This document shows positions 1 through 9,193 of a stretch of DNA of 64,000 nt, piece by piece. The notes beneath the pieces are model-generated. The model did no database searches and had not been told where the DNA came from. It worked only from the letters and a program-made list of their open reading frames with translations. Made by a program: the position numbers and the translations under genes. Where the stretch lies: the NCBI GenBank assembly GCA_963749495.1, contig CAVVMW010000004.1:352001-416000 (forward strand). The letters are read 5' to 3'. The first letter of the stretch is position 1, and each line of letters begins with the position of its first letter. Origin of the DNA: an uncultured bacterium (GTDB taxonomy: Bacteria > Verrucomicrobiota > Verrucomicrobiia > Limisphaerales > UBA8199).

Positions 1-1070
1 CCGCCGAACCCCCCGGGCACCAGGATGCCGCCCAGGCCCTTGAGGTGCTTGGCCGCCCCCTCGCGCTCGAGGTCCTCGGCATCGATCTTCTGGATTTCCA
101 CCCCGCAATCATTGGCCACCCCGCCGTGGCTGATCGCCTCATAGACCGACTTGTAGGCATCCTGCAGTTCGATGTACTTGCCCACCACGCCGATGCGCAC
201 CCGGTGTTGGGGGGCGATGATCTTGCGCAGGATCTCCTGCCAGTGCGCCATGTTCGCCCGGGGCGTGTCCAAGTGCAACTGCCGGCAGACCAGTTCGTCC
301 ACACCCTCCCGCTGCAGCATCAGCGGCACCTCGTAGATGCTGTGGTCCACGTCCTTCTCCTCGACGACCGCCTCGAAGGGGACGTTGCAAAAGAGCGAGA
401 TCTTCTGGCGCAGCTCCTTTTCCAGGGGCCGCTCGCAGCGGCAGACCAGGATGCTCGGGGCGATGCCGATCTCGCGCAGCTTGGCGACCGATTGCTGGGT
501 GGGCTTGGTCTTGAGTTCGCCCGCCGCCTTGATGAAGGGGACATAGGTGACATGGACGAAGAGGGCGTTGTGCGGGCCCACCTCCAGCGCGAACTCGCGG
601 ATGGCCTCCAGGAACGGCAGGCCCTCGATGTCGCCCGTGGTCCCGCCGATCTCGGTGATGATCACGTCGGGCTTGGTCTCTTCGGCCAGCTTGTGGATGC
701 GATTTTGGATCTCGTTGGTCACGTGCGGGATCACCTGCACCGTCTTGCCCAGGTACTTGCCTTCGCGCTCGTTGTTGAGCACCGTCTGATAGACCTGGCC
801 GCTGGTCAGGTTGTTGAGCCGCGTCAACTTGCAGTTGGTGAACCGCTCGTAATGGCCCAGGTCCAGGTCCGTCTCCGCCCCGTCGTCCAGCACATACACC
901 TCCCCGTGCTGATACGGGTTCATCGTGCCCGGATCCACGTTCAGATACGGGTCGAATTTCTGCAGCGCCACCTTCAGGCCCCGGTTCTCCAGCAGCGTCC
1001 CCAGCGAGGCCGCCGTCAGCCCCTTGCCCAGCGAGCTGACCACCCCGCCCGTGACAAAGATGTATTTCAT
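1..1070 (-). CDS. pyrG: CTP synthase (runs off the window start)
   Basis: Minus strand from 1070 reads [24 protein letters not shown]...[30 protein letters not shown] of the glutaminase domain at the window edge. Confidence 0.97.
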   Translation of the reverse strand, partial: MKYIFVTGGVVSSLGKGLTAASLGTLLENRGLKVALQKFDPYLNVDPGTMNPYQHGEVYVLDDGAETDLDLGHYERFTNCKLTRLNNLTSGQVYQTVLNNEREGKYLGKTVQVIPHVTNEIQNRIHKLAEETKPDVIITEIGGTTGDIEGLPFLEAIREFALEVGPHNALFVHVTYVPFIKAAGELKTKPTQQSVAKLREIGIAPSILVCRCERPLEKELRQKISLFCNVPFEAVVEEKDVDHSIYEVPLMLQREGVDELVCRQLHLDTPRANMAHWQEILRKIIAPQHRVRIGVVGKYIELQDAYKSVYEAISHGGVANDCGVEIQKIDAEDLEREGAAKHLKGLGGILVPGGFG

Positions 1071-1092
1071 CGAATGTAATCTGTGGAGCTGC

Positions 1093-1836
1093 TCATAAAC
1101 CGAGCCCCAGCAGCCGTTCCACCCGCGCCACGTCCGCCGGCACGTCCACGCCCACGCTCTCGTAGTCCACCTGGACCACCCGGATGGCGATGCCGTTTTC
1201 CAGCGCGCGCAACTGCTCGAGCTTCTCCGCCGCCTCCAGCGGCGAGACCGCACACTGCACCAACCGGAGCAGCGCCGCCCGCCGGTAACCGTAGATGCCC
1301 AGGTGCTTCAAAAAAGGAAACGCCGCCAACTGGTCGTCCACCGAACCACTGGCGGCCTCGCGCACAAACGGAATGGCGCGACGCGAGAAGTATAACGCCC
1401 GCCCGCCGGCGTTGACAACGACTTTTACGACGTTCGGGTTGCCGAGTTGGGCGGGGTCTTTGATGGGCGTGGCCGCCGTGGACATCTCCTCCTGCTCGAG
1501 GGCGCAGGCGACGGCATCGATCACGGCGGGATCGATGAGCGGTTCGTCGCCCTGGATATTCACGAAGGCCTCGGCTGGGCAGCGCGCCGCCACCTCGGCA
1601 ATGCGGTCCGAGCCGCTTGGGTGGCCGGGCGCGGTCATCTCCGCCCGGCAAAACTCCTGCGCCACTTCCCAAATCCGCGTGTCGTCCGTCGCCACAATGA
1701 CCTCGCCCAGGGTCTTGGCCTGCTGGCATCGCTCGATCACGTGCCGAATCAGCGGCTTGCCCGCAATCCGTGCCAGCGGCTTGCCCGGAAACCGCGTCGA
1801 GCCGTAACGCGCCGGGATAATGCCCACGATCTTCAT
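1093..1836 (-). CDS. kdsB: 3-deoxy-manno-octulosonate cytidylyltransferase
   Basis: [48 protein letters not shown]; canonical kdsB-pyrG order. Confidence 0.96.
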   Translation of the reverse strand: MKIVGIIPARYGSTRFPGKPLARIAGKPLIRHVIERCQQAKTLGEVIVATDDTRIWEVAQEFCRAEMTAPGHPSGSDRIAEVAARCPAEAFVNIQGDEPLIDPAVIDAVACALEQEEMSTAATPIKDPAQLGNPNVVKVVVNAGGRALYFSRRAIPFVREAASGSVDDQLAAFPFLKHLGIYGYRRAALLRLVQCAVSPLEAAEKLEQLRALENGIAIRVVQVDYESVGVDVPADVARVERLLGLGL

Positions 1837-1994
1837 GGCGCCCGTTATAGCCAACGCAATTGCGGATTGCACGGACGGAAATCGGAAAGCCGACATGGAA
1901 AAATTGACTGTTGCACAGATCCCCGGGCGCATCTGACCTTTGTCGGCCCTCGGCAAACCAGGCAATTGGAGCGCGGCGTCGGGAAGCCCGCAAG

Positions 1995-2074
1995 GTTTTG
2001 GACTGCGCCAGCCCTCTGGCGCTTTCGCATCCCCAGGGCCCGAAAAGCGGCAGAGGACTGCCGCAGTCCAAAAC
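1995..2074. repeat. REP-like palindromic doublet (family A)
   Basis: TTTTGGACTGCGCCAGCCCTCTGGCGCTTT ... AAAGCGGCAGAGGACTGCCGCAGTCCAAAAC inverted arms in an intergenic region. Confidence 0.8.
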
Positions 2075-2222
2075 GCTTCGCGACTTCGGACGCACGCTCC
2101 AACCGCCCGGTTCGGCCGGGCTCGACAAAGATGAGATGCGCCCCCGGCTCCCCATGGCGCAACAAGCGGCGTGACTTTCCGCCCGGGCGGGTGTCTAATC
2201 GGTGGTGAGCATACTCGCAACC

Positions 2223-2834
2223 ATGCCGCGGGCCGAACCAAAGCGCGCAGACCGGGACGAGGGCGCCGGGAGGACGGCGCCAGGGCCCGGGGCGCGGGCC
2301 TGCGGGCCGCAGGCCGGGTTGGAGCCGGAGGATTCCGAGTTTGGCGCCGTCTATACCGGGCACAGCCGCGCGATTTACTACCTGGCGCTGCGGTTGCTGG
2401 GTGATCCCCAGAAGGCCGAGGATGCCACGCACGACGTGTTCCTCAAGGCCTTCCGCAAGATGGAGGGGTTCCGCCGGGAATCGAGCTGGCGGACCTGGCT
2501 CTACCGGATTGCCATCAACCACTGTCACAACCTGCAAGCGGCCTGGCACGACCGGCACATCTTCGCCGGCGCCGGCGACGCCATCTGGGAGACGACCCCG
2601 GCCAGGGCGGATTCGCCCCTGCGAGTGCTCGAGACCAAGGAACTGGGCCAGCGCATCCAGAAGGCCCTGGATGGACTGCCCGCCGAATACCGGCTCCTGC
2701 TCCTGCTGGTGGCCGACCAACAGTTGAGCTACGACGAGGTGGGCGCGCTCACCGACCAGACGCCCGATGCAGTGCGTGGCAAGCTGCACCGAGCCCGCAA
2801 GGCCTTTGCCGTTTTGTTCGAAAAGACCGCTTGA
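2223..2834 (+). CDS. ECF-type RNA polymerase sigma factor
   Basis: AEDATHDVFLKAF, WRTWLYRIAIN (region 2); LSYDEVG...VRGKLHRARK (region 4); exact start uncertain (2202 or 2223). Confidence 0.9.
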   Translation: MPRAEPKRADRDEGAGRTAPGPGARACGPQAGLEPEDSEFGAVYTGHSRAIYYLALRLLGDPQKAEDATHDVFLKAFRKMEGFRRESSWRTWLYRIAINHCHNLQAAWHDRHIFAGAGDAIWETTPARADSPLRVLETKELGQRIQKALDGLPAEYRLLLLLVADQQLSYDEVGALTDQTPDAVRGKLHRARKAFAVLFEKTA

Positions 2835-2837
2835 GCT

Positions 2838-3074
2838 ATGAAACGCCAGTTCCAGTTCGATTCCCGGCAGCAGCAGGACGCTCAGGGAGAGCAGCAGCAA
2901 CACTCGCAGCAGCAATCCGCCCCCCTGGAGTTTGCCAGCGCCGAGGAGTTGCTGCGGCATGACGCCCTGCACACCCCCGTGCCGCCCAGCATCGGGCGGC
3001 GGTTGCAGGAATCGCTGGCCCGGCTGCCGGCCCCGAGGCGGGCCTGGTGGCGGCGGCTCTTTGGGTGCCTATGA
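2838..3074 (+). CDS. Small hypothetical protein, possible anti-sigma factor
   Basis: 78 aa, Q-rich, ends WWRRLFG; tightly coupled between the sigma factor and the AAA gene. Confidence 0.6.
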   Translation: MKRQFQFDSRQQQDAQGEQQQHSQQQSAPLEFASAEELLRHDALHTPVPPSIGRRLQESLARLPAPRRAWWRRLFGCL

Positions 3075-4597
3075 GCTTTCGATGCGAGCTGGAGACGCTC
3101 ATCCGGGCGCGCTACCCGATCCTCTACCTGATTAGCAGCGAGGAGATGCGGGTGCAGAACCTGGTGGTCGAGATTGCCCGCAAACGCCAGAAGAAGGTCT
3201 TCGAGTGGAGCTTCAGCACCGGCATCGTTCCCGCCGGCACCTCCATCCAGGCCCAGAAAGTCCGCAATGCCGCCACCAAGGACCCCCTGGCGGCCCTGGA
3301 CCAGGTCATCGAGCAGGTCGAGCCCGCCATCTTCATTTTGAAGGACTTCCACCCCTTCCTGGGCAAGGGCAATTACGCCGTCATCCGCAAACTCAAGGAG
3401 ATCGCCCTCCATCTCAAGAACAGCCACAAGACGGTCATCCTGGTTTCGCCGCTCATGGAGATCCCAACCGAGCTGGAGAAGGAGATTACGGTGCTCAATT
3501 ATCCCCTGCCGGGGCGGGAAGACCTGGCGGAGTTGCTGGACCGGATCGTGAGCGACCTCAAGGAGTTCAAGCACGTGAGCATCGAGCTGGACCCCGAGGG
3601 CCGGGAGCGCCTCTTGCAGGCGGCCCTGGGCCTGACGCTCGGCGAGGCCGAGAATGTCTTTGCGAAGATCATCGTGAAGGAAGGCCGGCTCAGCGGCGAG
3701 CACATCGGCGATGTCTTTGCCGAAAAGCAGCAGATCATCCGCAAGAGCGGGCTCCTGGAGTACTACGCCGCCAGCGAGACGTTTGCCGAGGTGGGTGGCC
3801 TGGCGGTGCTCAAGGACTGGCTCAACAAGCGCGCCCTGGCCTTCTCGGCCGAGGCGCGCGCCTTCGGGCTGCCGGCCCCCAAGGGCGTGCTCCTGCTCGG
3901 CGTTCAGGGGTGCGGCAAGAGCCTCTGCGCCAAGGCCATCTCCACCCAATGGCAACTGCCCCTGCTCCGCTTCGACATGGGCCGCATGTTCAACAGCTTC
4001 ATCGGCTCCTCCGAGGAAAACGTCCGCCGCGCCATCGCCGTGGCCGAATCGGTCGCCCCCGCCATCCTCTGGGTGGACGAGATCGATAAGGCCTTTGCCG
4101 GCTCGCAGGGCTCCGGCGCATCCGACGGCGGCACCACGGCGCGGGTCTTCGGCACGTTCCTGACCTGGCTCTCGGAAAAGCAGGCCCCGGTCTTCGTGGC
4201 CGCCACCGCCAACGACATCTCACAATTGCCGCCCAAGTTGCTCCGCAAGGGGCGCCTGGACGAGATCTTCTTCGTCGATCTGCCCGCCCCCGAGGAGCGC
4301 CTCGAGGTCTTCCGCATCCACCTCCACAAACGCGGGCGCGACCCCGCCGGCTTCGACCTGCTGGCCCTGGCCAAGGCCAGCCGCGATTTCAGCGGCGCCG
4401 AGATCGAGGAGGCCATCAACAGCGCCCTCTACGATGCCTTTTATGCCCGCGAGCAACTGGGCGCCGGCCATGTCCTGACCGCCCTGGCGCAGACGGTGCC
4501 GCTGGCCAGGACCATGGCCGAGCAGATCAGCCACCTGCGCGCCTGGGCCGAGGGCCGCGCCCGCTACGCCAGCGTCCCGCGCGCCGCCGCAACGTGA
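3071..4597 (+). CDS. Ycf46-like AAA+ ATPase
   Basis: LIRARYPILY N-terminus, Walker A GVQGCGKS, Walker B ILWVDE, ATAN...LLRKGRLDE. Confidence 0.9.
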   Translation: MSFRCELETLIRARYPILYLISSEEMRVQNLVVEIARKRQKKVFEWSFSTGIVPAGTSIQAQKVRNAATKDPLAALDQVIEQVEPAIFILKDFHPFLGKGNYAVIRKLKEIALHLKNSHKTVILVSPLMEIPTELEKEITVLNYPLPGREDLAELLDRIVSDLKEFKHVSIELDPEGRERLLQAALGLTLGEAENVFAKIIVKEGRLSGEHIGDVFAEKQQIIRKSGLLEYYAASETFAEVGGLAVLKDWLNKRALAFSAEARAFGLPAPKGVLLLGVQGCGKSLCAKAISTQWQLPLLRFDMGRMFNSFIGSSEENVRRAIAVAESVAPAILWVDEIDKAFAGSQGSGASDGGTTARVFGTFLTWLSEKQAPVFVAATANDISQLPPKLLRKGRLDEIFFVDLPAPEERLEVFRIHLHKRGRDPAGFDLLALAKASRDFSGAEIEEAINSALYDAFYAREQLGAGHVLTALAQTVPLARTMAEQISHLRAWAEGRARYASVPRAAAT

Positions 4598-4620
4598 GGA
4601 GCGCGGACGAGGCGTCCGCG
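4598..4620. repeat. Left arm of REP doublet family B
   Basis: GGAGCGCGGACGAGGCGTCCGCG matches the left arm of the complete element at 57051-57124. Confidence 0.75.
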
Positions 4621-4652
4621 TGGGTCATGCTGCGCTTGCGTGTCAATGAAGG

Positions 4653-4829
4653 CTACGCAACCTGCATCCCTCGCATGTCGAGATCGACGAAATCTGGACT
4701 TTCGTCCATTGCAAAAAGCAGAACATGACTGAGGATCCCAACGCCACCGGCAACATCACCCCCCCGGTGGCGGCCCGGCGTGCCGAGCATGTCTGGACGG
4801 TTGAGGAGTTGCTTTTGCATTCCAATTAG
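4653..4829 (+). pseudogene. Internally deleted IS1-family transposase remnant
   Basis: LRNLHPSHVEIDEIWTFVHCKKQN joined directly to ITPPVAARRAEHVWTVEELL; both resemble IS1-type motifs (DEIWxFV; TPAMAAG..DHVWTxEELL) with the middle missing. Confidence 0.65.
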
Positions 4830-4957
4830 AACCCCCTGTCTTGTGACCGTTGACAGACTGTACACCATTGGGTGTGTACTAAGGCACAAGGTGTCGGGAT
4901 ATTGGAAATCAGGTATTGACGGTTGGCGTCCTGGCGTGATATTGAATTCAGGTGATT

Positions 4958-5212
4958 ATGCCTACGCTGGATAAAGAATTAAAGTTTTTTGAGACGAAAA
5001 AAGGTGATCTGGTGAGGGTTCACCCAGGTAAATTCGTTCTCATCAAAGGGCACGAACTGCTTGGTGTTTTTGATACGGCGGACGCTGCTGTCTCCGAGGG
5101 AGCAAGACGTTTTGGGGCTGATTCTTTCCTCGTTCGTCAGATCAACGCATCCGAGGAGAATGTTTACATCCCGGCTCTTGCGCTCGGATTGCTGTATGCC
5201 AATCCTGCATAG
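4958..5212 (+). CDS. Small DUF5678-like protein
   Basis: ELKFFE...HPGKFVLIKGHELLGVFDT...A..EG.RRFG...FLVRQI pattern; low GC; overlaps the protease gene. Confidence 0.65.
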   Translation: MPTLDKELKFFETKKGDLVRVHPGKFVLIKGHELLGVFDTADAAVSEGARRFGADSFLVRQINASEENVYIPALALGLLYANPA

Positions 5213-5672
5213 CCAGTTTGCCGGAAAAGGAAAAACTCCAGACGGAAAAGAGGTGGCGATTCCGCCGCCTGTGTGTTTGCAGCAGCGCGGTCCTTGTGTT
5301 CCGGTTTCGGTACACTTGGCGGACCAAGTTGCGGCGGAATTGGTTAAACGAAAGGAGGCTGTCCCGTCTCCCGTTTCTGGACTGGCCTTGATCAATACGG
5401 GGGCTGCGTCAACTTGTGTTGATGAGGAAGCGGCCATCCAAATGAATTTGCCTGTTGTAAACGTGGTGGATATGGCTTCTGCATCGCACGCTTTGCACAA
5501 GGCCAAACAGTACCCGATTAAGATACAGATCACCGGATTTCCCATCAGCTTCAACGCCCTAAATGCCGTGGGGGCTCCGCTCAAGGCCCAAGGATTAACG
5601 GCGATAATTGGTCGCGATCTGCTGATGCACTGCACTCTTATTTATAATGGGGGGACAGGACAAATTACGTAA
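5196..5672 (+). pseudogene. Retropepsin-like aspartyl protease, C-terminus clipped by IS66; catalytic DTG reads NTG
   Basis: ALINTGAASTCVD and IIGRDLL motifs; removing the IS restores ...GQITLCI* (stop at 8102-8104). Confidence 0.75.
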
Positions 5673-5776
5673 CTACTCAGGTCCGAGCGGGGCCGGGTGA
5701 ACAGCGGCGGAGAGAGGCCGCAAAATACTTTGATTTTGTACGGGACTCCCCCAAATCCACCTGGTAATCTGGGCGC

Positions 5777-6664
5777 GTGCTCGAAGCCGAAATCATTCAA
5801 GGCCGCAAAATCAGTAACGTCCAGATCGGCGAGATTAGGGCCTTGATTGAGGCCCATCCGCTTTGGAGCCGCTGGCGCTTGTCGCAGGTGTTGGCTCAGC
5901 GATGGCAATGGTATTCGGCCTCCGGCCAGCTCAAAGACATGGCGGCTCGGACGCTGTTACTCAAGCTGCAGCGGCGCCAACTCATTGCACTGCCGGAACG
6001 CCGGCGAATGCCGGTTGGACGAGGTCCGCTGCTGAGTCTCAAGCTTTTTGACTCAGTGGTTCCTGAGCCGATCCGGGCGGACTTGTCTTCGCTGCTGCCC
6101 CTGGAGGTGCAAGTGGTCCGCCCCAGGCATCCGGACTATCCTCGGTTTCAGCGGTATTTGGCCCGGCACCATTACCTGAGCTATGGCGGCCCAGTTGGGG
6201 AGAACCTGGGCTATTTGATTAGGAGTTGCGCGGGAGCGGATCTGGCGTGCCTGCTCTTTGGAGCGGCGGCCTGGCAGTGCGCGCCTCGCGATCGGTGGAT
6301 CGGTTGGTCGGCCCAGCAACGGGCTGCCGGCTTGCCGTTGATCGCCAACAATAGCCGGTTCCTGATTTTGCCTTGGGTTGGAGTCCAGCGTCTGGCCAGC
6401 CACATTCTTGGTCGAATCGCCCAGCGGATCGATGCCGACTGGCAAGCGCGCTACCATCATCGTCTTTACCTGCTGGAGACCTTTGTGCAACCGGACCGCT
6501 TCCGGGGCACCGCTTACCAGGCGGCCAACTGGATTCGGGTGGGCCAAACCCGCGGACGAACCCGCCAGAATGAGCGGCACCGGGACAATCAGGTCCATGC
6601 GCCTTGCAAGGACATTTACCTTTATCCTTTAACTGCAGATGTGCCTGGCCAACTCTGTGATTAA
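5777..6664 (+). CDS. DUF4338 (DruA-like) domain protein inside IS66
   Basis: HHYLSY, FGAAAWQCAPRDRWIGW, NNSRFLILPW, LLETFV...RFRGTAYQAANW..VGQTRG. Confidence 0.85.
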   Translation: MLEAEIIQGRKISNVQIGEIRALIEAHPLWSRWRLSQVLAQRWQWYSASGQLKDMAARTLLLKLQRRQLIALPERRRMPVGRGPLLSLKLFDSVVPEPIRADLSSLLPLEVQVVRPRHPDYPRFQRYLARHHYLSYGGPVGENLGYLIRSCAGADLACLLFGAAAWQCAPRDRWIGWSAQQRAAGLPLIANNSRFLILPWVGVQRLASHILGRIAQRIDADWQARYHHRLYLLETFVQPDRFRGTAYQAANWIRVGQTRGRTRQNERHRDNQVHAPCKDIYLYPLTADVPGQLCD

Positions 6665-8075
6665 AGACCGCAACGGGCTCATGGCGTTGGGCCGGGCCGA
6701 CTTGGCTGGATTGGTCAACTACACTTTGGAGTTACAAGCCGAGAATGCCCGCCTGCGGGACGCGGCCTCCCAGAATAGCGGTAACAGTTCGCGCCCTCCT
6801 TCCACGGACGGCCCCGAAAAGCCCAAACCCAAGAGCCTGCGAAAAAAGTCCGGGCGCCCCTCCGGCGGTCAACCCGGCCATCCCGGTCGCACCCTCCAAC
6901 CCAGCCAAAAGCCCAAGCACATCCAGATTCATCCGCTGCTGGAGTGTGGGTGCGGCGAGGATCTTTCCCAGGAACCGGCGGTGGATTTTGAGCCTCGCCA
7001 AGTCTTCGACTTGCCCACGCTGACCTTGGAATGCACCGAGCATCGAGCTGAAATCAAAGAGTGCCCCATCTGCGGGCGAACCTGCCGGGCTGATTTTCCG
7101 CTCGACATTAAAGCCCCGGTCCAATACGGGAAGAACTTTCGCGCCTTGCTGACCTACCTCTACGACGCCCAAGAGGGGGCCAGCCGCCGCATCCGCGAAA
7201 TGGGCCAGGAGATGTTCGGCTTTGCCGTCAGTGAAGGCACCCTGCAAAGCGCTCGCCAAGAACAATACCAGGGGCTGCAACCTTTTGAAGAGCGCCTGGT
7301 GGAAATCCTGCCCCAAGAACCCATTCTCCACGGCGACGAAACCAGCGTGCCCATCAACAAGGTCACCCATTGGCTGCACGTCATTTGCACGCCCCTGCTG
7401 ACGTTTTTGAGCGTCCAACTCACCCGAGGCAAAGAGGCGATGCAAGCCATGGGCGTCATCCCCCGATTCAAGGGTTGGTTGATGCATGACTTCCACGCCA
7501 GCTACTTAACCTTTGAGAACTGCCTTCACACCTTCTGCAAAAGCCACCTGATGCGCGAATTGGTGTTCCTCTTTGAGCAACACCACCAACAATGGGCCAA
7601 AGACCTTTACGACCTCTTCCTGGAGATGTTGAAGTGCGTCAAGGATCGAAAGGCTCGGGATGCACCCTTGACGCCAGCCGAGGTGGACCGGTGGTATCAG
7701 CAATACAGGAAGGTAATACGCGCTGGCCGCCAAGCCAATCCGCTCACCCCGGAGCAAATGAAGAAAAAGCGCCCCAAGCAATCCAAAGAACAGAACTTAT
7801 TGGATCGGCTCCAGGGCTGCGATGAATGCATTCTGGCATTCCTGTCGAACTTCACATTGCCCTTTACCAACAACGAAGCCGAACGCGACTTCCGCATGAT
7901 CAAGGTCCGGGTGGAGATATCTGGCTGCTTTCGCACTCTGGAAGGCGCCCGTTGTCACGCACGCATCCGTAGTTACATCGCGACCCTGCGCAAGCACGGC
8001 CTGCCGGTGCTCGAACACCTCCGCAACACCCTCGACGGTCATCCCTTTCTGCCGGTGGGATCCAAAACGCCCTGA
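6639..8075 (+). CDS. IS66-family DDE transposase
   Basis: NSSRPPSTD, GGQPGHPG, zinc knuckle, ILHGDET, LMHD, C.SHLMREL, FTNNEAERDFR. Confidence 0.93.
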   Translation: MCLANSVIKDRNGLMALGRADLAGLVNYTLELQAENARLRDAASQNSGNSSRPPSTDGPEKPKPKSLRKKSGRPSGGQPGHPGRTLQPSQKPKHIQIHPLLECGCGEDLSQEPAVDFEPRQVFDLPTLTLECTEHRAEIKECPICGRTCRADFPLDIKAPVQYGKNFRALLTYLYDAQEGASRRIREMGQEMFGFAVSEGTLQSARQEQYQGLQPFEERLVEILPQEPILHGDETSVPINKVTHWLHVICTPLLTFLSVQLTRGKEAMQAMGVIPRFKGWLMHDFHASYLTFENCLHTFCKSHLMRELVFLFEQHHQQWAKDLYDLFLEMLKCVKDRKARDAPLTPAEVDRWYQQYRKVIRAGRQANPLTPEQMKKKRPKQSKEQNLLDRLQGCDECILAFLSNFTLPFTNNEAERDFRMIKVRVEISGCFRTLEGARCHARIRSYIATLRKHGLPVLEHLRNTLDGHPFLPVGSKTP

Positions 8076-8220
8076 GTAGTTACCAAATTACTCTCTGCAT
8101 ATAACTTTTCCCGGCCTCACCTTCCACCTTCCTAATTGGCCGCGGGGCCGAGCCCGACTAGTCCGCCGTCAAGACGCAAGCGCACCATGACCTCCCGGTG
8201 TGGCTCGTCGCTGGGGACGT

Positions 8221-8242
8221 GCGGACAAGGCGTCCGCGCTCC
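8221..8242. repeat. Right arm of REP doublet family B
   Basis: GCGGACAAGGCGTCCGCGCTCC matches the right arm of the element at 57051-57124. Confidence 0.7.
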
Positions 8243-8307
8243 GATAAATGCAGGACGCCCCAGGTTTTGCTGGTCTCCGTGCCGCGGCCGTGGCATAACG
8301 CTCTTCC

Positions 8308-8844
8308 ATGAATACGAACCTGTCCCCTATCCGAACTGTCCTGGGCATCCTCACAATACTGGCTCTGGCGCCCGGCGCGCGCGCCGCCGAGAGCGAGTTC
8401 TCCAAACCGGTCATTGACATCGGCATCGTGGTCAAAGACGCCGGACGCACCGCCCGGTTCCTCACCAACGCCATCGGCTTCAAAGAAGTGCGCGGGTTCC
8501 CCGTCACGGCCGACCTGGGCAAAAAGATCGGGTTGATCGACAGCCACGCCACGGACGTGCGGGTCTTTGTGCTCGAAGGGGCCGAACCGGCCACGCGCAT
8601 TAAAGTCCTCTCTTTCCCGGAGGCGCCGGGCAAGCAGGCCGACCAGGCCTTCATCCATTCCACGCTCGGCATCCGTTACCTGACTCTCTACGTCAAGGAC
8701 ATGGACCGCGCGCTGGAGCGGCTCAAGCAGGCGGGCGTGTCGCCCCTGGGCGAGACCCCGCTCGAGGTCGGTGGCGGCACCTGGCTGGTCGCAGTCAAAG
8801 ACCCCGATGGCAATTTCATCGAGCTGCTCGGCCCCCGGCGCTAG
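8308..8844 (+). CDS. Exported VOC/glyoxalase-family protein
   Basis: Signal peptide (ARA-AE), IDIGIVVKD, YLTLYVKDMD, VKDPDGNFIEL. Confidence 0.85.
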   Translation: MNTNLSPIRTVLGILTILALAPGARAAESEFSKPVIDIGIVVKDAGRTARFLTNAIGFKEVRGFPVTADLGKKIGLIDSHATDVRVFVLEGAEPATRIKVLSFPEAPGKQADQAFIHSTLGIRYLTLYVKDMDRALERLKQAGVSPLGETPLEVGGGTWLVAVKDPDGNFIELLGPRR

Positions 8845-8890
8845 CCGGGATGTTTTATCGTTTGAAAGCGGCGTCGGGCTTCCGATGCTG

Positions 8891-9009
8891 CGTAGCGCAG
8901 GTTTCCAACCTGCTGTATCGCCGACTTCCAGTCGGCAGGGTGTCGCATGTAGGCGAGGCGCCCGCAGGTTGGAAACCTGCGATACAGCAGATTGGAAATC
9001 TGCGCTACG
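8891..9009. repeat. REP-like element family C, copy 1
   Basis: CGTAGCGCAGGTTTCCAACCTGCTGTATCGCCGACTTCCAGTCGGCAG...TGCGCTACG; second copy at 45750-45867. Confidence 0.85.
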
Positions 9010-9158
9010 CCTTCCGGCTGGCGAAACCTGTACCACTCTCTGTCAACTTCTTGTTTTTTTGAAAGAAGTTTTGGTTGCGGCTCTGCCGCGCTGGGAAATA
9101 TGCGGGCTAGGCCTTTCCCGCTCGCAAAGGAACAGGAGGAAACAGAGGAAACGGAGAC

Positions 9159-9193
9159 TCATTCGTCATTCGTCATTCGTCATTCGTCATTCC
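9159..9193. repeat. Heptamer tandem array (TCATTCG)x~5
   Basis: Direct reading; contains the stop codon of the deacetylase gene. Confidence 0.9.

Larger units (their letters stand above)
5669..8083 (+). mobile_element. IS66-family element (2415 bp) with DUF4338 passenger
   Basis: Perfect 13-bp terminal IR GTAACTACTCAGG / CCTGAGTAGTTAC; 8-bp TSD CAAATTAC at 5661-5668 and 8084-8091. Confidence 0.95.

Noticed and set aside
45..1079. 344-aa plus-strand ORF and many other long antisense/alternate-frame ORFs (e.g. 25515-27416, 32320-33876, 34992-36758)
   Set aside because: Shadow ORFs of real genes in high-GC DNA, with no recognisable motifs
2838..2915. CAG-rich tract as a contingency locus
   Set aside because: Interrupted, mixed CAG/CAA codons encoding a Q-rich segment; not a pure slippage tract
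5777..6664. Complete Druantia defence system
   Set aside because: Only the DUF4338 gene is present, inside an IS; there is no DruE helicase or other partner
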